A DNA stretch of 49,574 bases from a virus (IMGVR_UViG_3300016476_000279:1-49574); one strand, 5' to 3'. Positions 9,599-20,967 are shown, counted from the stretch's first letter. A program made the numbers and translations. Notes: generated from the sequence alone by a model not told the origin.

Positions 9599-10354
9599 AT
9601 GAAACTTACGCTACTAGAAATGGTTCAAGACATCTTGAACGATATGGACTCTGATAATGTCAATAGTATAGACGATACAGTTGAGGCACAACAAGTAGCT
9701 CAAATTCTAAAGACTTGTTATCACGAAATGATGACAAATCGAAATTGGCCTCATCAGCGTAAGCTTGTTCAATTAGAAGCATTGGCAAATCCTAGTCGTC
9801 CTAATTATCTTTATCTCCCAGAAAACGTAAAAGAGCTAGAAACTTTTAGCTATGATAAACGCAAGTTTGGTGAAGTAGATCCTAGGATAGATGTAGTAAA
9901 ATTTAAAGAGCCGGATGATTTTCTTCGTTACGTATCTCTTCGTAAAGAAAGTAACGATAACGTAATTCCTGTTACAGATTTTAGTGGCTCAACCTTGCTT
10001 ATTATTAACGATACAGCCCCCACCTATTGGACTTCTTTTGATGATACGTATATAATTACTGATTCATATGATGCAGGAGTAGATACTACTCTTCGTAAGA
10101 GTAAAACACAATGCCTTGCATATGTATACGATTCATGGGTGCATGAAGATGATGCAATTCCTGTTATGCCAGCAAGTGCATTCTCAGGATATCTTGAAGA
10201 AGCTAAAAGTACTGCATTCTTCGTTATTAAGCAAATGGCTAATCAAAAAGCAGAACAAAAAGCAAGCAGACAACAACGCTGGCTCTCTCGTAAAGCTTGG
10301 AGAGCTCATGGCGGTGTTAGATATGAAGATTATGGTAGAAAGAGTCGGAAATGA
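9599..10354 (+). CDS. Tail adaptor / tail tubular protein A-like
   Basis: MKLTLLEMVQDILNDMDSDNVNSI N-terminus; size and position before the nozzle gene. Confidence 0.75.
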   Translation: MKLTLLEMVQDILNDMDSDNVNSIDDTVEAQQVAQILKTCYHEMMTNRNWPHQRKLVQLEALANPSRPNYLYLPENVKELETFSYDKRKFGEVDPRIDVVKFKEPDDFLRYVSLRKESNDNVIPVTDFSGSTLLIINDTAPTYWTSFDDTYIITDSYDAGVDTTLRKSKTQCLAYVYDSWVHEDDAIPVMPASAFSGYLEEAKSTAFFVIKQMANQKAEQKASRQQRWLSRKAWRAHGGVRYEDYGRKSRK

Positions 10355-10596
10355 TTATTGAATATAAAGGCTTTCAGATTAAGCCACATAAAGAACTTCC
10401 TCTTAGCTATATTGTAGCTACTGCTGGAAAAGGAGGAAAGATTCCTGATGTACTCGGAAGTCACTATACTACTCCGACTTATGCTAAACAAGAGATTGAT
10501 AAATATCTTGAAAGCAAACCAGTAGTCGAAGAGAAACCTAAAGAAACCCCTCCTAAGAAGGAAATATCAAATGCCGAAGAAAGGTCAACGGGTTGA
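10351..10596 (+). CDS. Hypothetical protein
   Basis: 81 aa ORF coupled by an ATGA overlap to the upstream gene. Confidence 0.65.
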   Translation: MIIEYKGFQIKPHKELPLSYIVATAGKGGKIPDVLGSHYTTPTYAKQEIDKYLESKPVVEEKPKETPPKKEISNAEERSTG

Positions 10597-12865
10597 GATA
10601 AACACCTTCATTCAAGGGTTGATTACAGAAGCTAGTCCTCTTAACTATCCAGTTAATGCGTCGATAGATGAGGACAACTTTGAATTGAACAGAGATGGTA
10701 CACGTGATCGTAGGCTAGGTCTTAATCTAGAACCTACATTCAGTAAAGTGAATACTGGAGTTTCCTCTAGTACTATTTCTCTTAATTCTGTAAACAGCTT
10801 TAGATGGGGTGCAGTTAATGGCTTAACCAATCGAGATTTTGTTGTAGTACAAGTTACTAACAAACTATATTTCTTCAACGCAGATGAACCTATTATCAGT
10901 ACTAATGGATATGTAGGTACTATTACTTTAAGTTCTCTTTCTACAAGTATTAGATTTTCATTTGCTGCGTTAGAGGGAAAACTAATTGTAGCTTCTGGCG
11001 CACAGACAATTGCAGTGATTACCTATAACTCTTCTGCAAACACTTTCTCTGCTACTTATGAACGACTTAAGACTAGAGATGTGTGGGGAGTTCAAGTTAC
11101 TTCTTCTAGCTATGAATCAGATATTTCTTATAGGGGAACTACTCTTCCTGCAGAGCATATGTACAATCTGCAGAATCAGTCTTGGGGCATTCCTAGAAAG
11201 CTTAAAACAGGCTCTCTTACAAATCCTATTGAGAAATATAAGACTGATCTAGGAGTATATCCTAGTAACTCTGAGATGGTGTGGGCTGGTTTGTCTATGG
11301 CTACAGCCACAGCTTCTACAGATCCGTATGAATACATGTTTACGAATCTGTATACAGAAGCTTTAGGAGCTAATGTTAAAGCAGCTAAAGGCTATTACAT
11401 TATTGACTTGCTAGATCGTGGAGATTCTCGTGAAGCAGCTTTTGCAGCTAATGCTAGCAAATATCCAAGTCTAAGCCTTTCTACTGTAGCTTTGCCTACA
11501 GACCGTACTCCTAAAGGAGCTACGTGTGTAGAGACTTTTGCAGGACGTGTATTTTATGCTGGATTTGACGATGAGGTTGTGGGAGGGGATGCTAGAAGTC
11601 CTATTCTTTCTGACCACATAGCATTCTCTATGCTTGTTAAGTCGTATTCAGATGTGTTTAAATGTCATCAAGAAGGAGATCCAACATCTCGTGAGAGTTT
11701 CGATCTAGTAGATACAGATGGCGGTATAATTAAAATTGGTGGAGCTCGTGGTATTCTTGCTTTAAAGAATGTTGAAAGCCACCTTATTGTTATCGCTCGT
11801 AACGGTGTATGGGCAATCTCTGGCGGATCGGATTATGGATTTACTGCGTCTAACTATAAAGTTAGCAAGATTTCTAATTTTGGTGGGATATCTGCTAATT
11901 CTGTTGTCGTTCATGGAGGACAAGTATTCTATTGGGCGTATGATGGGGTTTACGTAGTAGGCAAGACTCAAGTTGGTGATATTGAAGTTAATAGTATTAC
12001 TGATAAGACTATTAAGACTTTCTACGATAAAATTCCTAGCGAAGCTAAAGAAACTGCTTTTGGAGCATACGATCAGTATACTAAAAAGATACGGTGGCTT
12101 TATAAGAGCGGCCCATTCTTTACAAGTACTTCTATAACAAGAGAACTTATACTAGATCTCTCTATTAATGCTTTCTATACAACTACAATTCAACGCTCAA
12201 CTAATCGAGATGTAGAAGTAGTTGGTATGTTTGTTTCTAATGCCTTTACTTTTGCAGGACTAACTGAAGCTGTATTGTCTGGTTCTGATCTAGTTTATTC
12301 TGGAACAGATTTAGTTGTAAGCACTTCTAATGTAAGAAGTTCTGACGATCAATCTTTGAGATATGTAACATTGATTGAAGAGAGCGGAGTAGTAAAGATT
12401 AGTTTCTCTTATTATCAAGATACAACATTCGTAGATTGGAAAGCTCTAGATGGAATTGGTGTAGATGCTAAAGCGTATGTCCTAACAGGTTCTCAAATTG
12501 CTGAAGATTCTGGAATGGAAAAACAAATTCCATATTTGATTATGCACTTCCGTAAGACTGAATCAGGAGTTATTAGTTTTGCTCCAGATCATCAATCTTC
12601 CTGTTTAGTGCGAAGTCAATGGAATTGGGCTAATAGTCTTCGTTCCAATAAATGGAGTCCTCAATTCCAAGCTTATCGCTATAGACAGCTTAGACTTGTA
12701 GAACATGAGAACGATGATTTCGATAACGGATATGAAACTGTAGTATCTAAGAGTAAGCTCAGAGGTAAAGGTAAAGCATTTGCTTTATATTTCGAAACTG
12801 AGCCCGGTAAAGATTGCCGTATAATTGGATGGAACTTAACTATCAATGCAAACCCAATCACATAA
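10571..12865 (+). CDS. Tail nozzle / tail tubular protein B-like
   Basis: 764 aa, beta-rich; NTFIQGLITEASPL, RRLGL and FAGRVFYAG motifs. Confidence 0.8.
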   Translation: MPKKGQRVEINTFIQGLITEASPLNYPVNASIDEDNFELNRDGTRDRRLGLNLEPTFSKVNTGVSSSTISLNSVNSFRWGAVNGLTNRDFVVVQVTNKLYFFNADEPIISTNGYVGTITLSSLSTSIRFSFAALEGKLIVASGAQTIAVITYNSSANTFSATYERLKTRDVWGVQVTSSSYESDISYRGTTLPAEHMYNLQNQSWGIPRKLKTGSLTNPIEKYKTDLGVYPSNSEMVWAGLSMATATASTDPYEYMFTNLYTEALGANVKAAKGYYIIDLLDRGDSREAAFAANASKYPSLSLSTVALPTDRTPKGATCVETFAGRVFYAGFDDEVVGGDARSPILSDHIAFSMLVKSYSDVFKCHQEGDPTSRESFDLVDTDGGIIKIGGARGILALKNVESHLIVIARNGVWAISGGSDYGFTASNYKVSKISNFGGISANSVVVHGGQVFYWAYDGVYVVGKTQVGDIEVNSITDKTIKTFYDKIPSEAKETAFGAYDQYTKKIRWLYKSGPFFTSTSITRELILDLSINAFYTTTIQRSTNRDVEVVGMFVSNAFTFAGLTEAVLSGSDLVYSGTDLVVSTSNVRSSDDQSLRYVTLIEESGVVKISFSYYQDTTFVDWKALDGIGVDAKAYVLTGSQIAEDSGMEKQIPYLIMHFRKTESGVISFAPDHQSSCLVRSQWNWANSLRSNKWSPQFQAYRYRQLRLVEHENDDFDNGYETVVSKSKLRGKGKAFALYFETEPGKDCRIIGWNLTINANPIT

Positions 12866-13313
12866 ATTTGAAGTATCTCTGTTAACTATTTACGACATGG
12901 TATGGTTTGTTGAAATAGCAGCGGTAAATATGTTGACAGATGAGCTTAAACGTCCTGAGCTAATAAATTTAGAAAACCTCTATTTGCTAGCAGATAAAGG
13001 AGCACAAGACGGTACAGCTTTTATAGTTAAGAAAGATGGAGAAAATGTTGGAGCATTAGGGGCTTTGTTAGTCCCTAATGTTTATAATCCGAACTTAAGA
13101 ACACTTGCAGAAATGTTCTGGTATGTCATTCCTGAATATAGGAATACTAGGGCAGGTTTTCTTTTGCTTAAAGCATATGATGAACGAGCAAAAGAAATAG
13201 CAGATGAATGTACCTTGTCTCTATTACCGAGCAGCAAAGTTAATACAGAAGGTCTAGCTAAAAGAGGATTTGAATTACAAGAATTTTGTTTTAGAAAACA
13301 ATATGGAGAATAA
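12846..13313 (+). CDS. GNAT-fold acetyltransferase-like protein in the virion module
   Basis: EMFWYVIPEYRNTRAGFLLL resembles GNAT motif A; same position as in other podoviruses, between nozzle and ejection proteins. Confidence 0.65.
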   Translation: MQTQSHKFEVSLLTIYDMVWFVEIAAVNMLTDELKRPELINLENLYLLADKGAQDGTAFIVKKDGENVGALGALLVPNVYNPNLRTLAEMFWYVIPEYRNTRAGFLLLKAYDERAKEIADECTLSLLPSSKVNTEGLAKRGFELQEFCFRKQYGE

Positions 13314-13315
13314 GT

Positions 13316-13840
13316 ATGGCAGCAATTAGTACTATTGCTCTTGTAGCAGTTGCAACAGTTTCCACTTATGTTGCTGTTAAGTCGTATCAAGAGCAAAAAG
13401 AGTCTGCAGCAGAAGCTAAAGCAGCTCAACAACGTGCTGTTGAAGAGCAACGTAAACAAGCGGCTATTCAACAAGCACAGGAACAAAGACAACAAATCAG
13501 GGAAGAACGTGTACGTCGTGGACGTATTCTACAAGCTTCTCAAGCTCGTGGTGGTGCTGGAAGCACTGGTGAGTTTGGAGCTACTGGGGGCTTGGCTACT
13601 CAGCTTGGCTCTAATGTCGGTCAGAACTTGGCTATGAAAGCTATCGGTCAACAGATTAGTATTTTCAATCAGCAATACTCTAATGCAGCTTTTGATGCAC
13701 AACAAGCTGGTAATCTGTTTGCCCTGTCTTCTCAGTTTGCTGGTGCAACTCTAGGTAAATCTTTCAGCGCTATGGGAGCAGCAGGTAGTGCTACTAAAAT
13801 AGCAGCTCAAGCAGCTCCTTCGCCTACATTTACGATTTAA
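13316..13840 (+). CDS. Internal virion (ejection) protein, small
   Basis: Hydrophobic N-terminus and Ala/Gln/Gly-rich helical body; position. Confidence 0.65.
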   Translation: MAAISTIALVAVATVSTYVAVKSYQEQKESAAEAKAAQQRAVEEQRKQAAIQQAQEQRQQIREERVRRGRILQASQARGGAGSTGEFGATGGLATQLGSNVGQNLAMKAIGQQISIFNQQYSNAAFDAQQAGNLFALSSQFAGATLGKSFSAMGAAGSATKIAAQAAPSPTFTI

Positions 13841-13848
13841 AGGAAATC

Positions 13849-16800
13849 ATGGTTAATCAAGAAGATCTGTTAGGAGATCTTATGGGAGGAGAACAACCTC
13901 CCCTCAATCTTGAGGAAGTTATAGGATCTACTAGACAGATCTCTTTTCCTCCCGATAGTGCGATTAGGAATCGTGCTGCTTCGTTATCTCTTCTAGCTTC
14001 TGATCCTAATACGGTTACTGACACATATCAGTTGTTAGTTAAAGAAGCAAAAGATGGAAATAAAGAAATAGCTTCTCAAATGATGAATCAATTGTCTGAA
14101 GCTAATAAGAAGATGGACATGCGAGGAATTATGAGCATCCTTGCAGATAAAAATATTCCTCTCGATCAGAAACAAGAAGCTATTAATCAAATTAAGAATT
14201 CTCAGTTTCTTAATGACTCCTTAACAATTCTTCATTCTCAAGTATTAGCCAAAGGAAGTGCTGGGGAAAATAAAGAAAATGAAGATGCTCGTATTACTAC
14301 AGCAGATGCTGTACGAGAAATATATCAAGCACGTAAACAAGTGCAAGCTGTAGTTAATGCCCATCATGCTCAGATTAAGAAAGATGTTCCTCAAGCAATT
14401 CTAGATACAGCAGGTCTCTTATTTGTACCGGGAGCAACATCCTCATCTAAAGGCGGAGTTGCTACAAAGATTAAAGAACTACGTGGAGAAGCCCAGACAG
14501 CTTGGCAGAAAGTTTCTTCTTATCTCTTTCCCGGCTCTGCCACTATGGACATTCGGGAAAGGCTGGCCAACATCCCTCCAGAGAAACGAGCAGCCTTTGC
14601 TAAAGATGTCGTATCTGCTATTCAAAGCTCTAGCGGTATTATCTTTGGTGACGATAATCAGTTTGCTCAATTCGATCTAGCAAATCAGATATTCGAAGAA
14701 GGCGGATATGGAGATACTCAAAAGTTTATCGATAACACTATTCCTTTGTTAGATGTTGTAGGATTGGGAGGTCTGATTAAAGGCGGAGCTAAAGGAGCTA
14801 AAGGAGTTGTTAAAGGAAAGCCCGGAAAGACTCCTCCCGGAGGTGCTGGAGCTGGTGGATTTGATGATATAGTTCATAAAGCTGAATGGGAGCTCGTAGA
14901 AGATAAGCCTCCGTACAATCCGAATCAATTAGCAAATCCTGTTCCCAAGCTTGAATATAAGATTGATCCAGAAGATACAATACGTCGTATCGGAATGAAT
15001 CCTCCAGAGAATCCTGCTTCTGTAGCTAAGACTGTTCAACAAGCAAATCCAGAACAAGCTCGTAATTTACATGAAACAGTTGCTTCTTCGTCTACAGATG
15101 CTGTAGCGGAAGGACTGTATGGAGTAGATAGAATTAGTGCCCTAGTGTCTGATTTGTTCCCACAAGCCGGTACAGAATCTGGAAATGTAACTTCTAAAGT
15201 TAATGATATAGAGCGTATCTCTAGAGAGCGTCAAGGACTCTTTGAACGACTAACTGATTATATCAATAATACAGGAGCTACTTGGTTCTCTGAAAGAGAG
15301 AAGAGAGCTGCTAAAGCTAATGTAATTAATGATTTCTCAGCAGCAGAAGGATTGACCATTAACGATGCTATGTCATCTTTCCGTGTAGACGGTGGACGTA
15401 TTATTGTTAGTGCGGCTTATGGCACTCCTGAGGGTAGCTTCCTTCGTGCTGAAGATGCTTTCGCACAAGCTAAACTTGCTCTTCGTAACCAAGGGATTCT
15501 TGACAGTGAAATTCAAATCCTCAAGAAAGAAGGTTTGGATCATGTTCCTGTCAATCTAGAGGATGTACGCGGTATTGACGGTAATTATATGGTACGTGTT
15601 GATACGTCTGTAGAAATTGCTGCTAATGACGTAGGTGCTTTGGATAAACTAGATGTTAAACGTAATCTGTTTGACCGTATGGGGATTCTTGTAACAAAGA
15701 GTTCTGGTAGTGTTTCTCGTTGGCTGTTCGATGCCTCTTCAATGCTGCATCCTCGTATAACAGGAGCTGCTTCTGCTGCTTCAGATGCTACAGCTAACTT
15801 TGAGAAAATGATGTTGGACATTGCTAGTGAGTTCTCAGATAAGTTTGTTAAGCTTCCTTCTAAAGAGAAGACAATGCTTGACAGCTATATTCGAGAAGCA
15901 AACTACATGGGAATTGGTTTCGATCAAACTGATTTGATGGCTAGAGGATTTAGTCCTGAAGGAATTGAGGCAATACGTTCTTGGAGAAATTTCTGGGACA
16001 GTCATTTCTATTTAGAAAATTTTGATCTAGTTCGCTCACTATCTTCTAATGGATATTTAAAGTATAGCGACAATGCTACTCAACTGTTTGCTAAACCTAT
16101 TCCTAAGAACAGAAACATAGTGTCTGTATATGATCCGGCCACTCAAGGGGTTAGAACTCTCACCACACAAGAGATTGATGATCTCTATGATAAAGGGGGC
16201 AGTTTAGCACGTTTGCGTAGGCCAGCTTCTTTTGGTGGAGTTTCTACAGATCACATGCTAGTTCGTAATACTCCTACAGAATACTTGCGTAAGATTCGTG
16301 ATACCGACCAAGTGCTGAACTATCGTCAAGGCTATTTCCAAATACAATATAATGCACCTAGGTTTGTAGAAGAAATTATTAGAGATTCTAAAGGTGTAGA
16401 GATTGGTCGTAAGACAGTGGCTGTAGCCGGAGATAGTGTAGAGGCTCAGACATTTGCAGATCGTATGTCTAGGTCTACTGGTGGTGAATATAACGTACGT
16501 GGAGATGTACGTGCTATGAGGAAGGACGATGATGCTTATTGGGACTTGGCTTCTACAGGAGGCCGTATCGCTCAGAGGCATCGTGGGAAGCTCCTAGAGG
16601 ACGCTAGCGGCCTTAATCACCTAGGGGATGGCTCCTATATACTAAACCCTGTAGATTCGGCTCGTAGGGCTGCTATGAGCATTTCTGGACGTACTGTTAC
16701 TCGTCCTATGCTGGATGCGGCTAAAGAACGATTCCTGCAGCAATTTGGAGATGCCCTTCCTAGGAATGAATTTGGAGAACCTAGATGGCCGCAGAACGTA

Positions 16801-18579
16801 AAAGAAATTGATATTGCTGGTAAGTCTACTAGCAAACAAGTAGCAGATGCGAGAACGACATATGAATACATTCGTTATCTGGAAAATGGTTATATCAATA
16901 CAGCTGATGAAGTTTATAAAGCATTCTTTAATATGCTGTCTGATATGTCTGGCTCTATTGGTATGCCAATCTCAGAAAGAGGACTAGCTAAAGCTGCCGA
17001 GATAACTCCTACAGCTGCTGCTAAGAATCTTGTATTCATGTCCTACATTGGTTCTAACTTCCTTCGTCAGTGGATTATTCAACCTCACCAAGTAGTTCGT
17101 ACTTGGGCTTACAATCCTCAAGGATGGCTTAACGGTGGTATTCAAAAGCTTGTTACTCAATATACCGGGGAGCTTATGGGTATTGCTACTTCCGCTGAAG
17201 GCAAGGCCTTTAAGAAATTTGTTGACGATAGCGGATTAATGGCTGCTGTGGATAAGAGCAATCTTGTTCGTGGAACCTTGATGGACGCTGCTAATACTTC
17301 TAATAAAGCATTACGTGTAGCTAAAACTCCTCTAGAAGTTTCCCGTAAGGTGGGATTTGATATGGGCGAGATGGCTAACTTGCTTGGACATGCTGCAGCT
17401 GTATATGAGAAACGTATGCGTCTTGGTCAGAATATGGCTGACAAAGCAATTCGTGATGAAGCGTATGCAGAGATTCGTTCCCTTAGCTATAATATGAACT
17501 TTGCAGGAGACATGCCTTACAATCAGACAGCTCCCTCTGTTCTGCTTCAGTTTATGCAGGTTCCTCATAAAGCTCTCCTACAACTAACAGATAGACGTAT
17601 TCCTGTTAGCACTCGCATGCGTATGCTTGCTGGAGACATTATTATGTGGGGGCCACCTACTCTGTTGATTTCTGATCTAATGGGTGCAGATATTCTCCCT
17701 GAAGATCCTAATCTACGAGAGCTTTGGACTTACGGTGTAGAGGCTTGGGCATACAATGAAATGTTTACAGAAATGGCTGGAGAACGTGTATCTATTGATT
17801 TCTCTTCACTAGCTCCGTATGAATTGACTGGATGGAAGAAATTCTTCAAAGAAATGCTTACTGGAGGCCCTGCAGCTATGATTATGAATAGTCCCTCTGG
17901 ACAATTACTAATTAAAGACGGTAGCCGTATTCAACAAGCAGTAGCTTCTGTTGGTAGATATTTCGGAGCATTCGATGAAATTGGTCAAGAGAAAACTGAG
18001 TTCTTAGAAATGATTAATGAAGTAGGTAAAATTACTTCTGGTTGGAATAATGCAGCTAAGGCAAAGCTAATGCTAGAAACTCGTAAGCGTCTGGATCAAT
18101 ACGGTAATGTTACAGATCAAGACATAGCGCAATATGAAGCATTTGCTCAGCTATTGGGTTTTGGAACTACTGACACTAGAGACTTATATAAGATGAGTCA
18201 AGCTATGGCAGAAAATTCTAAAGCGTATAAAGAAGATGTCATTAAGTCTTATCAAGACATTAAACGGTATTACACTTCTAAACTTGGTGTGGAGATTGGA
18301 GATCCTAAGTTTGTAACTGCTGTTACAGGATTTGCTATGAAAGCATATGGAGATAGTCCAGTTGCTCTGAAGATTATTCAGCAACAACTTACTATGGATT
18401 TGGAAGGTAAGGACGAAGCAATGTTAGGATTGTTCATTAAGAATGCACAGATTCCAGATCTAGGAAATCTAAGAGATCAAGTGAAGATGATGCCAGTGTC
18501 TGATGAACAGAAAGCTCAAATGAATAAGATGATTGACGATATGGAAGCAACCCGTAAAAAATATAAAGAGAAGGAATAA
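13849..18579 (+). CDS. Internal virion (ejection) protein, large
   Basis: 1576 aa predominantly helical protein in the ejectosome position; no enzymatic motif recognised. Confidence 0.7.
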   Translation: MVNQEDLLGDLMGGEQPPLNLEEVIGSTRQISFPPDSAIRNRAASLSLLASDPNTVTDTYQLLVKEAKDGNKEIASQMMNQLSEANKKMDMRGIMSILADKNIPLDQKQEAINQIKNSQFLNDSLTILHSQVLAKGSAGENKENEDARITTADAVREIYQARKQVQAVVNAHHAQIKKDVPQAILDTAGLLFVPGATSSSKGGVATKIKELRGEAQTAWQKVSSYLFPGSATMDIRERLANIPPEKRAAFAKDVVSAIQSSSGIIFGDDNQFAQFDLANQIFEEGGYGDTQKFIDNTIPLLDVVGLGGLIKGGAKGAKGVVKGKPGKTPPGGAGAGGFDDIVHKAEWELVEDKPPYNPNQLANPVPKLEYKIDPEDTIRRIGMNPPENPASVAKTVQQANPEQARNLHETVASSSTDAVAEGLYGVDRISALVSDLFPQAGTESGNVTSKVNDIERISRERQGLFERLTDYINNTGATWFSEREKRAAKANVINDFSAAEGLTINDAMSSFRVDGGRIIVSAAYGTPEGSFLRAEDAFAQAKLALRNQGILDSEIQILKKEGLDHVPVNLEDVRGIDGNYMVRVDTSVEIAANDVGALDKLDVKRNLFDRMGILVTKSSGSVSRWLFDASSMLHPRITGAASAASDATANFEKMMLDIASEFSDKFVKLPSKEKTMLDSYIREANYMGIGFDQTDLMARGFSPEGIEAIRSWRNFWDSHFYLENFDLVRSLSSNGYLKYSDNATQLFAKPIPKNRNIVSVYDPATQGVRTLTTQEIDDLYDKGGSLARLRRPASFGGVSTDHMLVRNTPTEYLRKIRDTDQVLNYRQGYFQIQYNAPRFVEEIIRDSKGVEIGRKTVAVAGDSVEAQTFADRMSRSTGGEYNVRGDVRAMRKDDDAYWDLASTGGRIAQRHRGKLLEDASGLNHLGDGSYILNPVDSARRAAMSISGRTVTRPMLDAAKERFLQQFGDALPRNEFGEPRWPQNVKEIDIAGKSTSKQVADARTTYEYIRYLENGYINTADEVYKAFFNMLSDMSGSIGMPISERGLAKAAEITPTAAAKNLVFMSYIGSNFLRQWIIQPHQVVRTWAYNPQGWLNGGIQKLVTQYTGELMGIATSAEGKAFKKFVDDSGLMAAVDKSNLVRGTLMDAANTSNKALRVAKTPLEVSRKVGFDMGEMANLLGHAAAVYEKRMRLGQNMADKAIRDEAYAEIRSLSYNMNFAGDMPYNQTAPSVLLQFMQVPHKALLQLTDRRIPVSTRMRMLAGDIIMWGPPTLLISDLMGADILPEDPNLRELWTYGVEAWAYNEMFTEMAGERVSIDFSSLAPYELTGWKKFFKEMLTGGPAAMIMNSPSGQLLIKDGSRIQQAVASVGRYFGAFDEIGQEKTEFLEMINEVGKITSGWNNAAKAKLMLETRKRLDQYGNVTDQDIAQYEAFAQLLGFGTTDTRDLYKMSQAMAENSKAYKEDVIKSYQDIKRYYTSKLGVEIGDPKFVTAVTGFAMKAYGDSPVALKIIQQQLTMDLEGKDEAMLGLFIKNAQIPDLGNLRDQVKMMPVSDEQKAQMNKMIDDMEATRKKYKEKE

Positions 18580-18581
18580 TC

Positions 18582-20399
18582 TTGGCTGATTTAGCAAGCA
18601 TGGCTCAGCTCACCCCTGCACAAGGGGCGGGCACTGGAGCAATAGAACCTGTTCGTCAGGTAGACACTTCTCGCTCTCTCCTTGTTGGCATGTCTAATAT
18701 ATTTGAGAGCGTAGGAGATTATATTAAGTCTGAAAAAGATCGTGCTAAGCAGGAAGCTAAAACTCGTGAAGAAGCTGTTATTAAATCTTTTATTAAAGAC
18801 GAGAACAAGTTTGCACAAATGCTAGAATCTGGTCAGATTTCTCCTGCACAAGCTGCAGCACGTTCTCGTGCCAACTTTCGAGAATACGCTAATAGTTATG
18901 GTGAATTTATTGGAGAGCTAGAGAAGGCAGCTAAAGCTCTTAAAGGAAATACGGAACTGTCTGAAGCAGAGAAACAACTTGAGGCAGAACGTATTCAGTT
19001 TAATAATGATCGTAATGCTGCTTCTCAAGCGGGATTCTTATTTGTCCCCGGAATGACTAGGGATCAAGAAATGGCTCAGATTCGTGCTCATAAGGCCGAT
19101 GTAATAGCCGGTAAGGAAGCTAAAGAGCGTAGAGAGATTGCTGCAGAAGAGCGTGCTCAAGGCACGTATAACGCACAGCTTGATGCTAAACGCGAGAAAG
19201 ATGCAGCATTCAATACAATTAATAGTGTTGCGGGAGCAAACCTAGAAGCATATCAGAAATTTATTGTGTCTTTGGGCAATAGTGTTAGGTCTGGTAAAAT
19301 GTCTCCAGACGAAGCCAGAGCCCTTAACTTAGAGCGATATAACAACATCTCAGCTTCTATTCAAGCAGCAGCTAGAGTGAATACAGAACTTGCTGCTCCG
19401 TTCCGTAGTTTGTTTGAAGAGATTAATAAAGTTGGGGAAAAGCTTATCGATCCTAAGACAGCTACTGAAGATCTTCAGAATAAACTAAAGCAGCTAACAA
19501 CTACGTCTAAACTAACAGCTATGGCTGACCCAGAAGTGAAGGCAGCTATTGTAGCGTATGAACTGTTTCCTAATAGTCCTACAATTACTTTAGGAACTTC
19601 TAAGGAAGCCATGAAAGCTATTACCTTAATGGCTTCAGATCCTAAAGACGGTAAGTTCATACCACAAGTGGTTGGAGATCCTAAAGTAGAAGGAGAAACT
19701 GTAGACTTCCTTAAAGCTGCTATTAAAGACATCCCAACTAAGGACAAGACTAAACAAGAAGCTGCAATGACTCAGGCAGGTAATTCAGTTAATAACTTGC
19801 TGAAACAAACAAGTAAGTTTATTGATGAGGGAGCAGATCCTAAGAAGCTTTCTAAGCTTGCTGACTTCTATGCTTCTCCTGAGTATGCAGTGTTAGTTAA
19901 TAATGGAAAGATTGATATGGAAGCGGCTCAAGCAGCCAAGAAAGTATTCCAGCTCAATTACGAACAAGCCCTTGTAAAGGGTGTACAAGATAAGCTTACC
20001 GGCTATCTGTTCGATCCTAAAGGAAGAGGCAAAGATCAGATTGCTCCTATAGCTGTTAAGGATGCAGTAGATGTTAAATTTACTGGATCTGGAATTGTGT
20101 TTGAAGCAAAACCAATTCATAATATCTATGGCCCTAATCAGCCTCCTCCAATTGATATTGAGCGCCGTAAACAACAAGACATTGTTAAAGAACTGAATAC
20201 AGCTCAAAAGGCTATTAATCAGCTCATCCATATTGGTGCTCATATGGAAGGTACAATTAATTATGCGAAATACTGGGAAGCTAATAAGCATTTGCTTATT
20301 CCGTCTATGTTCTCGCCTCCGGAAATGCCAACTAAGCCTTCTCCTAGTCCTGCCGCTGCTCCTGCTGCCCCTTCCACTAAAAACTGGTGGGAGCAATAA
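18582..20399 (+). CDS. Internal virion (ejection) protein, medium
   Basis: TTG start after AAGGA; 605 aa, Ala/Lys/Glu-rich and helical. Confidence 0.65.
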   Translation: MADLASMAQLTPAQGAGTGAIEPVRQVDTSRSLLVGMSNIFESVGDYIKSEKDRAKQEAKTREEAVIKSFIKDENKFAQMLESGQISPAQAAARSRANFREYANSYGEFIGELEKAAKALKGNTELSEAEKQLEAERIQFNNDRNAASQAGFLFVPGMTRDQEMAQIRAHKADVIAGKEAKERREIAAEERAQGTYNAQLDAKREKDAAFNTINSVAGANLEAYQKFIVSLGNSVRSGKMSPDEARALNLERYNNISASIQAAARVNTELAAPFRSLFEEINKVGEKLIDPKTATEDLQNKLKQLTTTSKLTAMADPEVKAAIVAYELFPNSPTITLGTSKEAMKAITLMASDPKDGKFIPQVVGDPKVEGETVDFLKAAIKDIPTKDKTKQEAAMTQAGNSVNNLLKQTSKFIDEGADPKKLSKLADFYASPEYAVLVNNGKIDMEAAQAAKKVFQLNYEQALVKGVQDKLTGYLFDPKGRGKDQIAPIAVKDAVDVKFTGSGIVFEAKPIHNIYGPNQPPPIDIERRKQQDIVKELNTAQKAINQLIHIGAHMEGTINYAKYWEANKHLLIPSMFSPPEMPTKPSPSPAAAPAAPSTKNWWEQ

Positions 20400-20400
20400 T

Positions 20401-20967
20401 ATGGCGGATCCATGGAAAGAACTAGTGTCTCTCCCCTCTAAAGAACTAGAGAAGATCCCATATAACGATCCACGGCTTGATGCTTTTGCTCAGGCTGTGG
20501 AGCTTCGTTACAATCTTCCTCCGGGTCTTATAGAAGCTGTTAAGAATGCTGGAGAACGTACACAAACAACACAGGTGTCTCCTAAAGGTGCTAAAGGTGT
20601 TATGCAATTTATTGATAAGACTCGAGAGATTTATCCTCACGATTATAAGAACCCTTTAGCTTCAATAGATGCTTCTGGTCAATATTTCAGAGATTTGATA
20701 CAGCAATATAACGGCAATGTTAAGGCTGCTGTAGCTGCCTATAATGGTGGTACAGCAGCAGGTAAGGCTGTATTAAGCGGGAAAGAAGCTCCTGCAGAGG
20801 AGACTAGAAACTATTGGAAACGTCTTCAAGGGTATATGCAAAAGAAGACAGAGACAATGGCTCCTCCTGCACAACCTGCTGAAGAAACTTTAATGGATAA
20901 AGTAAAACGAGTGGCTCCTCCTGCTGTTGGGGGTAAAGGAGAACTTGTTAGCGATGTATTTAAGTAA
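20401..20967 (+). CDS. Lytic transglycosylase (SLT-like)
   Basis: ATG at 20401 after GGAG; NAGE, SPKGAKGVMQF, AAYNGG and EETRNY motifs. Confidence 0.88.
   Translation: MADPWKELVSLPSKELEKIPYNDPRLDAFAQAVELRYNLPPGLIEAVKNAGERTQTTQVSPKGAKGVMQFIDKTREIYPHDYKNPLASIDASGQYFRDLIQQYNGNVKAAVAAYNGGTAAGKAVLSGKEAPAEETRNYWKRLQGYMQKKTETMAPPAQPAEETLMDKVKRVAPPAVGGKGELVSDVFK

Noticed and set aside
13849-18579. Virion RNA polymerase interpretation of the 1576 aa protein
   Set aside because: I could not recognise single-subunit or two-barrel polymerase motifs, and its position fits an ejection protein.
20233-20400. N-terminal extension of the transglycosylase in the ORF track
   Set aside because: It overlaps the upstream gene out of frame; the ATG at 20401 has an RBS and abuts the upstream stop.
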